From a virus (taxonomy: Duplodnaviria; Heunggongvirae; Uroviricota; Caudoviricetes), in IMG/VR virus record IMGVR_UViG_3300010367_000056, positions 64,001 through 125,012 of that record: DNA of 61,012 nucleotides, one strand, 5' to 3'. A program made the position numbers and the translations under genes. The notes beneath the pieces are model-generated. The model searched no databases and was not told where the DNA came from. It saw only the letters and a program-made list of their open reading frames with translations. Below are positions 10,901 through 21,800 of this stretch, piece after piece; position 1 is the first letter of the stretch, and each line of letters begins with the position of its first letter.

Positions 10901-12519
10901 GTAAACAGATAGCTGAAAAGAAAGAAGCTTTGGCTTCATATCAAAATCTCATTCTTGATATGGTAGATAAAGGACAGAAAATGAAATATGGTGGTCAAAT
11001 GCCAGCTATGCCAGGTGTTCCTAAGATGGCTAAAGGTGGAACTTTAGATGGGCCAGAAGATCCTACTGATGTTAAATCTGTTCAAGCTTATATTGATAAA
11101 GCTTCAGGTGGTAAATCTCCGTTAAAAGCTGAGGACTTTATTGAAGTATCCAAAAAATACAATGTTCCTCTTGATTTAATGTTAGCTCAAGCCACTCAAG
11201 AGTCTAACTTTGGTACTAAGGGAAGAGCTGTTAGAACTCATAATATATTCAATGTAGGTAATACAGATGATGGTACTGCTAACAATATGGGAGATTGGAA
11301 GAAAGGTTTAGAGAATTATGCTCAGGTTTTATCTAAAGAGTATTCAAAAGATGGTAAAATTAATACTCAGGATTTATTGAATAATGGGTTTACTAGAACT
11401 AAAGATCATGCTAGGTATGCTACTGATCCTAAATATACTCAGAAATTGTCATCCATATTAGATGAGATTAATCCTAATAACACATATTCATACATAAATT
11501 CATATGGTGCAAATGATCAAGCTAATGCTCCAGCACATAAAACTCCTGGTACTATTACTACATCAGATGTAATGGCTGATTATAAACCTATTAATAATCC
11601 ATTACCTGACAAGACTGAACAAGTTGTTCAAACTAAATATGGAGCAGCCAAGAGAAATGCTACTCCTTTTAGCGATAAAGCTCTTATTACATCTGGTGGC
11701 AGAGAAAGAGGAACTCAGTCTTCCTTAGATGTAGCACAGATAGCTCCTGAATTAATTTCTTTGGCAACAAATCAAAGACAAGCAGTTCCTGGATTTAGTT
11801 ATGAACCTGATCTTCAACAGACCTTTGATATTTCTTATCAATTAGGTAGAAATGAGAATGAATCTACATTTAAACAAACTTCTGCTCTGGCTGAACAAAC
11901 TGGTAATATGGATGTTTTAGCTCAGTTGGCTGCTCAGAAATATAAAGCTGATCAACAATATAATATGCAAGAAGTTCAAGGAAATGCATCTCAAAGATTA
12001 CAGACTTATGCTCAAAATATTGCTACTTTAAATGATGCTAAGGTTAAGAATTTAGCTCTTACAGCAGATCAACAAGCTAAACAAACTCAAGCAGATTTTA
12101 ATACTAGAGTTCAAGATATGGCTGCTATTAAGTCTATTTCAGGTAAAGTTGAACAAAATAAGCTTGAGAACAAAACATATAATGCTTATGCTAATCTATT
12201 CCAAAATTATGGATTTGATAGTAAAGGTAATGTAACTTTTGATCCAGGTAAGGTTAGTAAGAAATTTACTTCTGGTGAAGCTCAAGCTTTTGGAATGATG
12301 GCTGCTCAACAAGGAGCTAGTTCTATTTTAAATGGTGATTACTCAAGACAATTTACCAAAGTAAAGAATTCAGATGGTTCTACAACCACAACTGAACAAC
12401 TTGGAACTAATAAAAAGATTCAAGAAGAGTATAGTGCTCTTAAAAAACAAGGATTTGATGATGCTATTATAGGAAATATGCTTCAAGCTCGATATCCTCA
12501 AACCATAAATGGAGATTAA
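7957..12519 (+). CDS. virion cargo protein with two lytic-transglycosylase-like domains and a glucosaminidase-like domain
   Basis: IDPYTALAISYQESG (SLT catalytic Glu helix), IDPSMLLASSLEEG plus MAAYNGG, LMLAQATQESNFG..HNIFNVG (glucosaminidase family); repeated (Y/F/M)xxGG motifs; GRTHDEGG. Confidence 0.7.
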   Translation: MKKYQDGGGVEPFSSSYALQLAQQAPVMIDLQDTRKVNPATGKPLTDKQRKSVKVDQDNVKNIISQAKAAGIDPYTALAISYQESGFQNGDKLYNLNPQVFGKPFGNAEEGMKSLQDMFKYAKNLQSRGVVPEGEEYLLQGNNGYGKIKKGHADLEGSTSIYGMPIPDEGIDFKQHPLYGKTIISLRDEVLKKNQSINDLIQNTPAYMKKPVKKYAEGGALTSGPGTGDPLTPAEQKVADQYTKMGYNVSKVNGQLQYKKDPNFKAPVQQQAAQQSATQPVQQAQQPMMMKNAAATSGRGNITEDQWNTLKAKYTQGLPQVKPYGSSAKGGALDKRMNWVKWADQELPTGGTPAKLSAQAAKQAGIDPSMLLASSLEEGVGLRFMGEGNDYSNAYEASNEKGELKDYPVDAFRNYGLDQVAGNIDNFIKKGWVPADIKSKMKPFNASNELDEKEYYDNAYNVLGKKGLLKGVSRKDTDKLDEIIDEKGWDLPLMKESAHTAAFKDDASAYYAKAAFLRSEQDNLLSYAKQKGYKLTPEETNFFTMAAYNGGSGNGRSMLDFYGGQKQLGNNGFLKIRANKGQIYDNIIPRYAGAQMFKGEGYFEYGGKMPKSPKGVPKYDNGGPVDPFTPAADLTGGNNWLNTNNGATPINPDGTTAIPLQNQSGTPTNQGNIVPLSQFYDTVNGPNGNKMLQGTGTYVNAQGQTTSPEDQQMIADQVTAQNKSTAMKREGIKDDAEMIADTSMAAINAFFQRNNAAQVDRSGKRKAIQQTMMAQMSPYLEGTGSQAIMKDGGSIHIKPENRGKFNATKKRTGKTTEELTHSKDPVTRKRAIFAQNAAKWHHGENGLSLDGQGQNMQVLDGGNTEMISSSDHSNPMIQFSGRTHDEGGIGLKYGGSLAEVEDKEVGWIDQQGSLNIFGKLKLPGTNQTFRKAAEDIAGQENKVDGQKSKYLNILNNSNPASPYQESAISTSKVMFKSLDKQSKQIAEKKEALASYQNLILDMVDKGQKMKYGGQMPAMPGVPKMAKGGTLDGPEDPTDVKSVQAYIDKASGGKSPLKAEDFIEVSKKYNVPLDLMLAQATQESNFGTKGRAVRTHNIFNVGNTDDGTANNMGDWKKGLENYAQVLSKEYSKDGKINTQDLLNNGFTRTKDHARYATDPKYTQKLSSILDEINPNNTYSYINSYGANDQANAPAHKTPGTITTSDVMADYKPINNPLPDKTEQVVQTKYGAAKRNATPFSDKALITSGGRERGTQSSLDVAQIAPELISLATNQRQAVPGFSYEPDLQQTFDISYQLGRNENESTFKQTSALAEQTGNMDVLAQLAAQKYKADQQYNMQEVQGNASQRLQTYAQNIATLNDAKVKNLALTADQQAKQTQADFNTRVQDMAAIKSISGKVEQNKLENKTYNAYANLFQNYGFDSKGNVTFDPGKVSKKFTSGEAQAFGMMAAQQGASSILNGDYSRQFTKVKNSDGSTTTTEQLGTNKKIQEEYSALKKQGFDDAIIGNMLQARYPQTINGD

Positions 12520-12548
12520 CTGATTTCATTAATATTTTTCCTTATTTC

Positions 12549-12606
12549 TAATTAACTTGATTAAACTATCTATCTAAGGATTTGGTAGTCTTAATCAAGT
12601 TAATTA
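12549..12606. repeat. 16-bp perfect inverted repeat (long hairpin/cruciform) in the cargo-to-giant-gene spacer
   Basis: TAATTAACTTGATTAA (12549-12564) and TTAATCAAGTTAATTA (12591-12606); stem extends about 6 bp past a 1-nt bulge; TTTTT follows. Confidence 0.85.
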
Positions 12607-12648
12607 TTTTTACAGCAATTTATTTCGCTAATTTTAACGAACTTAATT

Positions 12649-15600
12649 ATGGCCTCATACGCTGGTGCAATAACAGAATTTAACCCATATATACAGCAAA
12701 TTCCCACTGAAGCTTACACTAAAGTTGGGATGTTTAAGCAACAACAATATGATGCTGGAGTAGCCAAGATTCAAGATACAGTAGACAAAATAGCTGGTCT
12801 TGATATTGCTAATGAAGGTGGTAGACACTATCTTCAATCCAGAATCACTGAACTTACTAATACTTTAAATAAGTATAATACTGTAGATTTCTCAAATCCT
12901 AATAATGTAGCTCAATTAGCTAGTTTAGCTAAACCATTATATCAAGATGAAAATATTGTAAATGATGTAGTTAATACATCTATTTATCGTAAATGGTCTA
13001 AAGATGCTAATGATGCTTATAAAGGTGGTAAGATGGAGCTTGGTCAATTCATGAGAGAATCTACTGACGCAAATCAATGGCTATCTTCTCAGAGTGCTGG
13101 TGCAACTTACACTGGTAGACAAACTCCTAATACAGCTACTAAGAAGGATCTTACAGATAGAATTATAAAAGCTAAGAAAGATGGAATGGAGAAGAATGAA
13201 TTTGTATATGATACAAGATATTCTACTGACACTCCATATTATGTAAAGTCTACTCAGAAGTATTATTCTGAAGCTGATTTCAATAATTTTGTAGCTAACA
13301 ATTTAATGTCCTCAAGAGATAGAGAAATGCTGATGAACGATCACTGGTATGAGAATCAGGGTGTACCAACACAAGGTCTTCAGTTACAAGACATTAGTAT
13401 GTATACTGCTAAAATTGATCAAAATAATGCAGAAATTGATAAAATCAAACATCTTCCAGATTTCTTAACTGGTGATTCTAAAACTGAGTATCAACAAAAG
13501 ATTAAAGACTTAACTGATTATAATAAAACACTTAAAGATGGTAAGATTGCTTATCTTAAATCTTTAAATTTAGCAGATCCAACAACTAGAGATGTATTTC
13601 ATAGAGATTTGTCAGAGACCAGATTCATTAATTCTTTGGATGTATTAAGAGATCAAGTAAAAAAAGAAGAATTTCAAAAGAATGAGCAGTGGTTTAAGGA
13701 TAAAGATCTTCAGATTGAATTAGCAAAAGAGGCTGCAAAAGCAACAACTAAAGCTGAAACTGGAAAAACTAAAACTCCAGGCGAAGAAATAGATGAGGTA
13801 GGGGTTTATACTCCAGTTGCTCCAGAAGCTCCTAAAACTGAAGTATCTTTAAATACTATTCAAAGGGGTTATCAAATCAAGAATGATCAGATAAATGAAG
13901 CTATGGATGGTCTTATTGGTAAACTCCAACAAAATGGAGTAGACATGAATCAGTTTATTTCAGGTTGGGATCAAGTACAAGTAGGTTCTAAGGGTGGTGC
14001 TGCTATGTCTGTACCAAGATGGAAATCAGCAGCAGATAAAGAGAGATTTTATAATATGGTTTCTGGTCTTGATTATATGTATAATGTTGAATCTTCAGAT
14101 GGTAAAATGGATAATAAATCATTTACAGAGTATGTAAAGAAGACTATTGCTGGATATAATGATGATGATCCTAATAGTAAGTTTACATTTGCTGATAAGA
14201 TGGTGTCTGATGCTCTTAATACTCTAAAAGGTACATCAGCTCTCTTGCCAAGAATGGAGAACTTGTTTGCAGATAAATCTGTAGTAAAGTCATTAGCTCA
14301 AATAGATAGTTCTATTAAAGATAAAAAAGATATGGCTAATGCATACAGAGAAGCTTTGTTGAAATCTGGAGCATTAACTACCCAGGAGGTAGGAACTTTG
14401 AAAACTTTAACTGACGATCAAATCTTGTCTAATTCATATCATGTTAACACAGAAGTAGAGAAAAGAAGATTTAATAATCAAGGTCTAAAAGCTGTACACA
14501 CTGTTGTAAAAGATTCAGATGGTACTTATAATGTTGTACAAAATGTAGTTTCTGATCCTAATAATGTAGTACTTGAAGACTTTGAATTAGGAATAGTACC
14601 AGAAGGTATTATGGGTAAGATAAAGCAAAATACAACTCCTCAACAAACTAATGTACTTGCTAGAGGATATAAAACATATGATGAAGCTCATAATGCTTTA
14701 GAAAGTGGTGACCTTCAAATTAATCCAGGTATTTCTCCAGAAACTATTGCTAAAGCAAATGAATATGTAAAGAAGACATACTCATATGTTCAAGAAAACA
14801 TGAACTTCACAGTTGAGAATCTAAAAGAAGATAAAAATTCATATGCAGCAGTACAGGATGGTCTTACATTATGGATGAATTCAGCTAAACTTCAAGCAAC
14901 TTCTCAAGACTTTAATATCGAAGGTGGAAAAATTGATCCTAAATCTTTAACAGGTATAACAAAAGTAGATGTACTTGGAGCTACAGTTTCTAATACAGAA
15001 GATCTTTTTAATCCTAATCCAATGTATAACGTACAATTTTCAGCTACAACTGGACAAGGAACTAAAGAAGAAAAAACTTCTACATATAATGCACAAGTAT
15101 CATTAAAATCATTCTTAGCTGCTAATCCTAACTATAGAACTACTAAATATGCTAAGTACTTTGCTCCTATGTTATATGCTCAAAAAGATGCATATGCTAT
15201 GATTAAGTCAGCAGTAAATCCATTAGAGGGATCACAAGGATCTTATCTTAATAGAAATGATATGGAACCTGTATATAATTCTATTAATCAACAAGGTAGA
15301 TCTCAGTTCTTTAATGATAGTCAGAGTGATATTCAATGGGAAACTTTACCTATTGAAAAAGATGGAAGACAGACAATGATTTCTTATCAAGTACAAGGTG
15401 TTGGTCAAAGTGCTACACTTGCTAATCAGAAATCAAAAGATATGAAAAACTTTGATAATGGAGCTTTCTATGTGAAACTTAGAGTTCCTACATCGACTGG
15501 CGAACCAAAAGTTATATATTTAAAAAGACCTAATGGAGAATCAATGAAATTTGATTCAGCGGCAAAAGCACACTATACAATTAGAGATCTTATTTTTAAT

Positions 15601-15813
15601 AATCCTGATGTTAAATTTGATGAAGTTGATCCTAAAACTGGTCAAATAAATTATTTAACCATTGATCCTTCAACATTAAGAGGTATCTTTAATACTCAAT
15701 TGGCTTATAGTGGATATTCTACTCTTGAGACAATTAAAATTAAAGATGCTCTTGGAAAAGAAGTGCAGAAACAACAAATAGCAGCAAATTCACAGGCTCA
15801 ATTTATAAGATAA
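12649..15813 (+). CDS. large virion (ejected cargo) protein, function unknown
   Basis: 1054 aa; N-terminal FNPYIQQIP..GMFKQQQYD helical pattern typical of crAss-like internal proteins; sits in the cargo block. Confidence 0.55.
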   Translation: MASYAGAITEFNPYIQQIPTEAYTKVGMFKQQQYDAGVAKIQDTVDKIAGLDIANEGGRHYLQSRITELTNTLNKYNTVDFSNPNNVAQLASLAKPLYQDENIVNDVVNTSIYRKWSKDANDAYKGGKMELGQFMRESTDANQWLSSQSAGATYTGRQTPNTATKKDLTDRIIKAKKDGMEKNEFVYDTRYSTDTPYYVKSTQKYYSEADFNNFVANNLMSSRDREMLMNDHWYENQGVPTQGLQLQDISMYTAKIDQNNAEIDKIKHLPDFLTGDSKTEYQQKIKDLTDYNKTLKDGKIAYLKSLNLADPTTRDVFHRDLSETRFINSLDVLRDQVKKEEFQKNEQWFKDKDLQIELAKEAAKATTKAETGKTKTPGEEIDEVGVYTPVAPEAPKTEVSLNTIQRGYQIKNDQINEAMDGLIGKLQQNGVDMNQFISGWDQVQVGSKGGAAMSVPRWKSAADKERFYNMVSGLDYMYNVESSDGKMDNKSFTEYVKKTIAGYNDDDPNSKFTFADKMVSDALNTLKGTSALLPRMENLFADKSVVKSLAQIDSSIKDKKDMANAYREALLKSGALTTQEVGTLKTLTDDQILSNSYHVNTEVEKRRFNNQGLKAVHTVVKDSDGTYNVVQNVVSDPNNVVLEDFELGIVPEGIMGKIKQNTTPQQTNVLARGYKTYDEAHNALESGDLQINPGISPETIAKANEYVKKTYSYVQENMNFTVENLKEDKNSYAAVQDGLTLWMNSAKLQATSQDFNIEGGKIDPKSLTGITKVDVLGATVSNTEDLFNPNPMYNVQFSATTGQGTKEEKTSTYNAQVSLKSFLAANPNYRTTKYAKYFAPMLYAQKDAYAMIKSAVNPLEGSQGSYLNRNDMEPVYNSINQQGRSQFFNDSQSDIQWETLPIEKDGRQTMISYQVQGVGQSATLANQKSKDMKNFDNGAFYVKLRVPTSTGEPKVIYLKRPNGESMKFDSAAKAHYTIRDLIFNNPDVKFDEVDPKTGQINYLTIDPSTLRGIFNTQLAYSGYSTLETIKIKDALGKEVQKQQIAANSQAQFIR

Positions 15814-15823
15814 TAAAATTAAT

Positions 15824-18800
15824 ATGGCAGATCCTATACAACCAAGTAATAATCCAAATCAGTATTATCAGGCTCCGCTTGAGGTAAATAACTATGTACC
15901 TCAGTCATCGACTCCTATACAAGCTCAGCCTATTGATTTGTATGGATTACTAGGTATGATACAACCAGCTAAAGGTAAATTAGCAACAAGGAAGAAAACT
16001 CCATATGAACTTATGATGGAGGGTGATAATCCTTTGCTTACTCCTGAAGCTGCTCCTATACAAACTAGCTTAAGAACTTTAGAACCATTAGATGATTCTG
16101 CTGGTTTATTCCATTCACAAGATGGGTTTGGCAAATATGGTTATTCTTCTATTCTTAATGAAGGAGATAATGAAGATAGATATTCTCAGAACTTTAAAGC
16201 AGATAATCCAGCTAAATTCTTTAGACCTGGAGCACATCCTATTGAAGGTGTATGGAAAGGTATTTATTGGGGTGGTGGATTTCTTGAAAAAACCTTAGAG
16301 TCAGCAGTTGTAAAACTTGGTCAAGGTCTGGGTGCTGTCTGGGGCTTGACTTTAGGTAATGCAGCTAATGAATTAACAGGACAGAAGTATGAGAATTATG
16401 GTGATTGGTTAGCCAAGTCCTCTGATAATATATTAAGCAATTTCTTTAATGGTTGGGATCAAAACTTAAAAGACAGATATCATTATTTCCAAGAAAAATC
16501 AGATAGAGATAATAAAGGTTTTATACAATCAATGGGAGATGGAGACTTCTGGATGAATGATGTTTCAGATGGTCTTGGTTTCTTAGTTTCATCTATGTTT
16601 GAAGCAGGTTTAGTATCTAAGCTTGGACTTGGTACTAAATTGGCTACAAGATTAGCTCCTTTAGCTGAGGATGTATCTCTATCAGGATTATCAGCAGGTG
16701 AAGCTGCTAGTAGAAGTATGTTACAAAGATCTCTCAATGCTGTAGGTTTTGAAGGTTCTGGTAATATGTTAGTTAAGAATGCCGTAGATTTAACTTCCCA
16801 AACCCTCGCTCTTACGGCAATTGAGTCTGCAACTGAAGCACAAGAAGCTAAAGATAAAATATATCAATCATTTGAAGGTAAAATCAATCCTGAAACAGGA
16901 ATGGTATATTCAGAAGATGAAAAGAAAAGATTATCTGCTGCTGGTGCTGCTCAAGTATTTAAGCAGAATATGATGATCTTAGCTGGCCCTAAGTTTCTCG
17001 AAACTATTGTATTCAATAGAATTGGAGACTTTGCTATGGGACAGTTTAATAAAGTCTTAGGAAGAGCTGAAGTAGAAGCTGGAAGAGCGTCAAATGCTTT
17101 AAGATCAAGACTTGGTACTTTAGCTTCAGAAACAACATATAATAGAAGTTCAGCTCTTGCTAATATATGGAAAGTAGGGTCTGCTGCTGCAATAGGTTTT
17201 GCATCAGAAGGTCTTTTTGAAGAAAATATTCAACTTGCTATTTCAAGAACTGCTGAAGACACATATGGTAGTGGAGATGAGTACTATAGACCCAAGACTA
17301 CTAAGAAAGAAATTGATAAGATGGATCTTAGTGATGAGTTAAATATTAATCCTTTAAAAGGAGTTAAAGGTATATTTAAAGGTAATGGTGTATCTGACTT
17401 TTTTGGAGGAACTGTAGGGGAGAAATATGTACAACAAACTAAACAATTTTTCAAAGGAATTAATGATGATAGATATTTAGATGATGAGTTGTCTAAATCT
17501 ATTGGTATTGGTGGTGCTTTTGGTATTGGTGGAGGTGGTATCCATACTATGATTGGTATTAGACAACAAGCCAAAATAGATAACTATTGGAATAATAGAT
17601 TAAATCAAGCTAGAAATAACTTGTTTACTTCTAATTATTTTTATCAAACTAGAACTGAAGATAAACCTGATCCTGAAAATCCTGGAAAAACAATTCCTAC
17701 TACTAGTATAGTAACAGATCCTACTACAGGTAGTCCTTTGCTCGATCAACAAAAGTTAAGAGATTATCTTAATAAGATGAATAATATTCAAGGTATAATG
17801 GATATTATTGGTAATACCGAAGATCAGAATAATGAATTAAACCAATTACCTCAGAATCAAGAACTTAATAAGTTAGCAAGAAATGTGCTATTTACACAGC
17901 TTGCTATGGAATATATTAAAGCTGGTAAGAAAGATCTCTTATTATCTAACTTAGCTTCTACATCACAATTTAGCGATAAAGATATTCAAGCCTTAGGTTA
18001 TGAACCTGGTATGATGTCTGATCAGGACAAGAAGAATATGTTGGCCAAAATGGTTAATGTAGTTAATAGATTAGATAATGCTGATCAATGGATTGAGAAT
18101 AACGTACTTGACAATCTTAGTGAAAAAAGACAAGGTAAGTTTGGATTATCTTATACTAAATCTCAGAAAGAAAAAAGAAGACAAGAATTTGAAGCTAAGA
18201 AAGCTTATTTAAGAGGACTTGCTATGCAAAATGCTCTCTTAGATACATATTTAGATGATATTAATCAAAGTGAGCAAGGATTAGGAGAACCACAAACTCC
18301 TATATTATCATCTACTATTGATGAAAATGGTCTTCCAGTCAGAGACTTTCAAGTTCCATTAGACGCTACTTTAAGAGAATACAATACAAGAATGCCAGCT
18401 CTCAAGAATCAAATGAGAGTATTGGAACAAGAATTTGCATATCATTGGGAAAACAGTAAAACTTCATTAAGAAATGCTCCTAAAGGTCAAGAATTTGATG
18501 CCTGGAGTAAATCTAATAATGGAACTATCCTTAGAAATTCTCAAGCAAAATCATGGGAAGCTCTTGAGAAACTTAATAAATTACAAGCTGAATATGATGA
18601 ATTAACAAATAGAAGAAAGCAATTTCTTAATGAAGGAGAATTTGAATTAGTTGATGAAGATGGCAATCCTATAACTGATGAAACTGATCCTAACCAGAAC
18701 TATTTTGTTCAACCTAAAAGACAAGAAAATACTTCATTAGAGCAACTTAATAATGATAAATTAAGAAGAATTAATGATGTTAAAAGAGAAGAAATTGGAA

Positions 18801-21800
18801 TTCAAAAGTCTTGGATTGAAGAAGAATGGAGGTTAACTGCTGCTTTAAAAGAGTCAAAAGAAACAGCAGGACTGAAAGATACTAGACTTTCAAGAAGAAT
18901 GTCTGGTAGTGAAAACACCTATAACCAATACTTCCAAAGAGAAGTTGTCACTAAAGATAGAGGTCAAGGTGAGAGAAAAATGAAGTTATGGCATAGTGAT
19001 GAGAGTAAGAGAGTAGGTGCTAAAAGATATAAAGCTAATGAAGAAAAGCTTCTTAAGGTTGAAAGAATTCAAGGTAAAGTAAGAACAATATTAGCAGAAG
19101 TAAATGGTCAAAAATTATTAGCTGAAATAGAGGCTCTCTTAGAGAGAGACCTATCTTCTGAAGAATTTGCTGTTGAACTTCAAAAGGTTATAGATATATA
19201 TAATGGTAGACCTGTAGTTTTATCTAAAGATGAGAAATCTTTAATAGATAATCAAATTGAGAATACTCAAGATGAATACAACTTTGTTCAGGCTATATTT
19301 GAGTTTATGCCTGAAGATGAAAGATTTAATAGTAAGTATTATAATATTGATGATAATGGATTCTTTGTAGTTAAACCTGAATATGATGATCTTCAAGCTT
19401 TAGCTAATGTTGCTACTAATCTTAATAGCAGACTTGAAGATCTTGAAGGAGTTAAAAAATATCTTGATAGTATTCCTGAGAATATACCAGACAACGAATC
19501 TTGGAATAACCCTAATCTTGTAAGAAGAAAGATAGCAGATACTTATAATGAGACTGCTGATAATATTATTGATGCTTATAACAGAGTTTCAAATGATGGT
19601 CAATCTGATATTGCTGGTGACTCATTAAATTCTAAGCAAGATCTTGATAAAGTAGAAGAAGAAATTAATGAACTTGAACAACTTAAGAAAATCTTTGAAG
19701 ATAGAAATAAGACTGATAACATATTATCTAGTCCTGAATTCCAGGGATTTATAGAGGGTTTAGATTCGAGATTAGCTAAATTAAGTGAGATTAAGGATAA
19801 AGTTAAAGAAAGAATTAATTCGAGATTAAGAGAAAATCAAGATTTTTTAGTTGATAGTATAAGTAATTTAGTTGAACAAATTGGTCTTAATACTAATGGT
19901 GAAATCAAGAGTGAACCTCTTCAGAAAGAATTTGAGCAAGTTGCAGGTTCCGAAATGATGAGCAAACTCGTAAATTCTCTTCAAGATTTACAAAAATTAA
20001 TTGATAAGGAAGATAAAACTGCTGATGAAAAGAAACAATTAAATGAATTTTATTGGACTATAAATGGTCAAGTCTCTGCTATTCAAGACATTGTTAAGAG
20101 AAATGGTAAAAAAGAAATTCTTGCCGAAGTTTCTAAGCAAAAGAAAGAGTTTATCCAAAAGCTTGAAGAGACTAATTTAATGAAGAAGTTAAGTACTACT
20201 TCTTATTATAAAGATATTATCAATAATATTGATGATTCTTTATTAGGAGTATTACAACTTATGTTCTATCAAAGTGCTTTTTCTCAAATTGGATTGGGCT
20301 CAACTAATGATTTTTTAGATGATAATCCAGCTTCTCCTGTATATAAATTCAGAGAAGACTTTAATCTGAGAAAGTTTGTAAGAAATGTAGAAAAAGATAA
20401 TTCAAGAACTCCTCAAAATTCTGAGATTAGTAAAGAAGATCTTTTACAATTTTTACAGATTGCTCAAGAAATTCAAATACTTGAAGACTTACAATTAAAT
20501 CTTGAGTCTGAACTAAACTTACTTGATCAAGTAGAAAGAGAAAAGCAAGTAATTCAAGAGAAGGTAGAAGATAAAGATAATAAGTATGAGAACTTAATTA
20601 TTCCTTCTATACAACAATTATTCTTTTTAAGAAAGATCGCTGCTTTTTTAAGAACTAATAAAGTTATAGGAGAAAATCCAGGATTTAGAAATTGGATTTA
20701 TATACAAGCACCTGGTGGTGCAGGTAAAACTCAAACTCTAGGAACTTGGTTTAATATAATCTCAGGTATTCCTAGAGACAGAGTATTAGCTACAGCTTTT
20801 ACTGAAGAAGCTTCACGTGCAATAAAGAAAGCCCTCCTGGTAGGTGAGTCAGGCCCTAAAGATGTTACTGAAATGTCAGCAGCTATAAGAGAGTTTACTA
20901 GAAATAAGAATTTTGATCATGATGTTCTCATAGTAGATGAGTTTCCAGCTATCTCTGTAGATCAACAAAAAGAATTATTTGACGCTGTAACTGAATATAC
21001 TAAAGCCAAAAAAGCTGCTAATAAGGGAGAATTTAAGGTTATTACAATGGGTGATACTAATCAGTTAACCTTTTCTGATAACTTTATTATCCCTAGACCT
21101 TCTATTATAGCAAATCCTAATTATTTTGCTGAAACTAGGAAAGGTACAAATGATAATCATACAGCTAAGATGACTATCATTCCTTCATTAACAGTAAACT
21201 TTAGATCTAATATATTTGCTGTAACTTCTTTTATGGATATTTTTAAGGGTTCTAATAAAGATCATATTAATGAAGCTATAAAAGTAACTTCTACTGATCC
21301 TGAATTAGAAAGTAAAGATGTAAAAGGAGTTGTATCAATTGAGAAAGCTTCTTTTCCAGCAAGATTGATTTCATATTTAAAATTAAATGAAAATTCCACT
21401 AGAACTAGAGCTTTAATAGTAAATGAGGATAAATTAGCTTTCTATAAGAAATTACTTGAAGATAATGGAATTAAAGTAATTACTGATCCTAACGATGAAG
21501 TTACCAAAGGTGTATATGTTTCTACAGTTAGAAATGTACAAGGATTCTCTTTTGATGAAGTATTTATAGATTTTGAAAGTAAAGACAAGGGACTTTTTTC
21601 AGGTTCTGCATCTCCAAACTTCAACTATAATAAAGCTATGTATGTAGCTGCTTCAAGAGCTAGAAATCTTATTGTAGCTACTAATTTTCCTAATTTCCAG
21701 AACATTCAAGATGATTCTATTAATAATTTAGAGAGTAAGGCTTTATCTGAACTTCAAACTAAAAATGAAGACTTTTTAAATCAAAGAGATCTTGAGATCA

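Noticed and set aside
7957-11040. GG motifs as bacteriocin double-glycine leaders
   Set aside because: They lack the LSxxELxxIxGG consensus and there is no C39 peptidase/ABC transporter in the window.
12549-12606. Inverted repeat as a dif/Xer or att site
   Set aside because: Arm and spacer lengths do not fit the 11-6-11 dif layout, and no integrase is present in the window.
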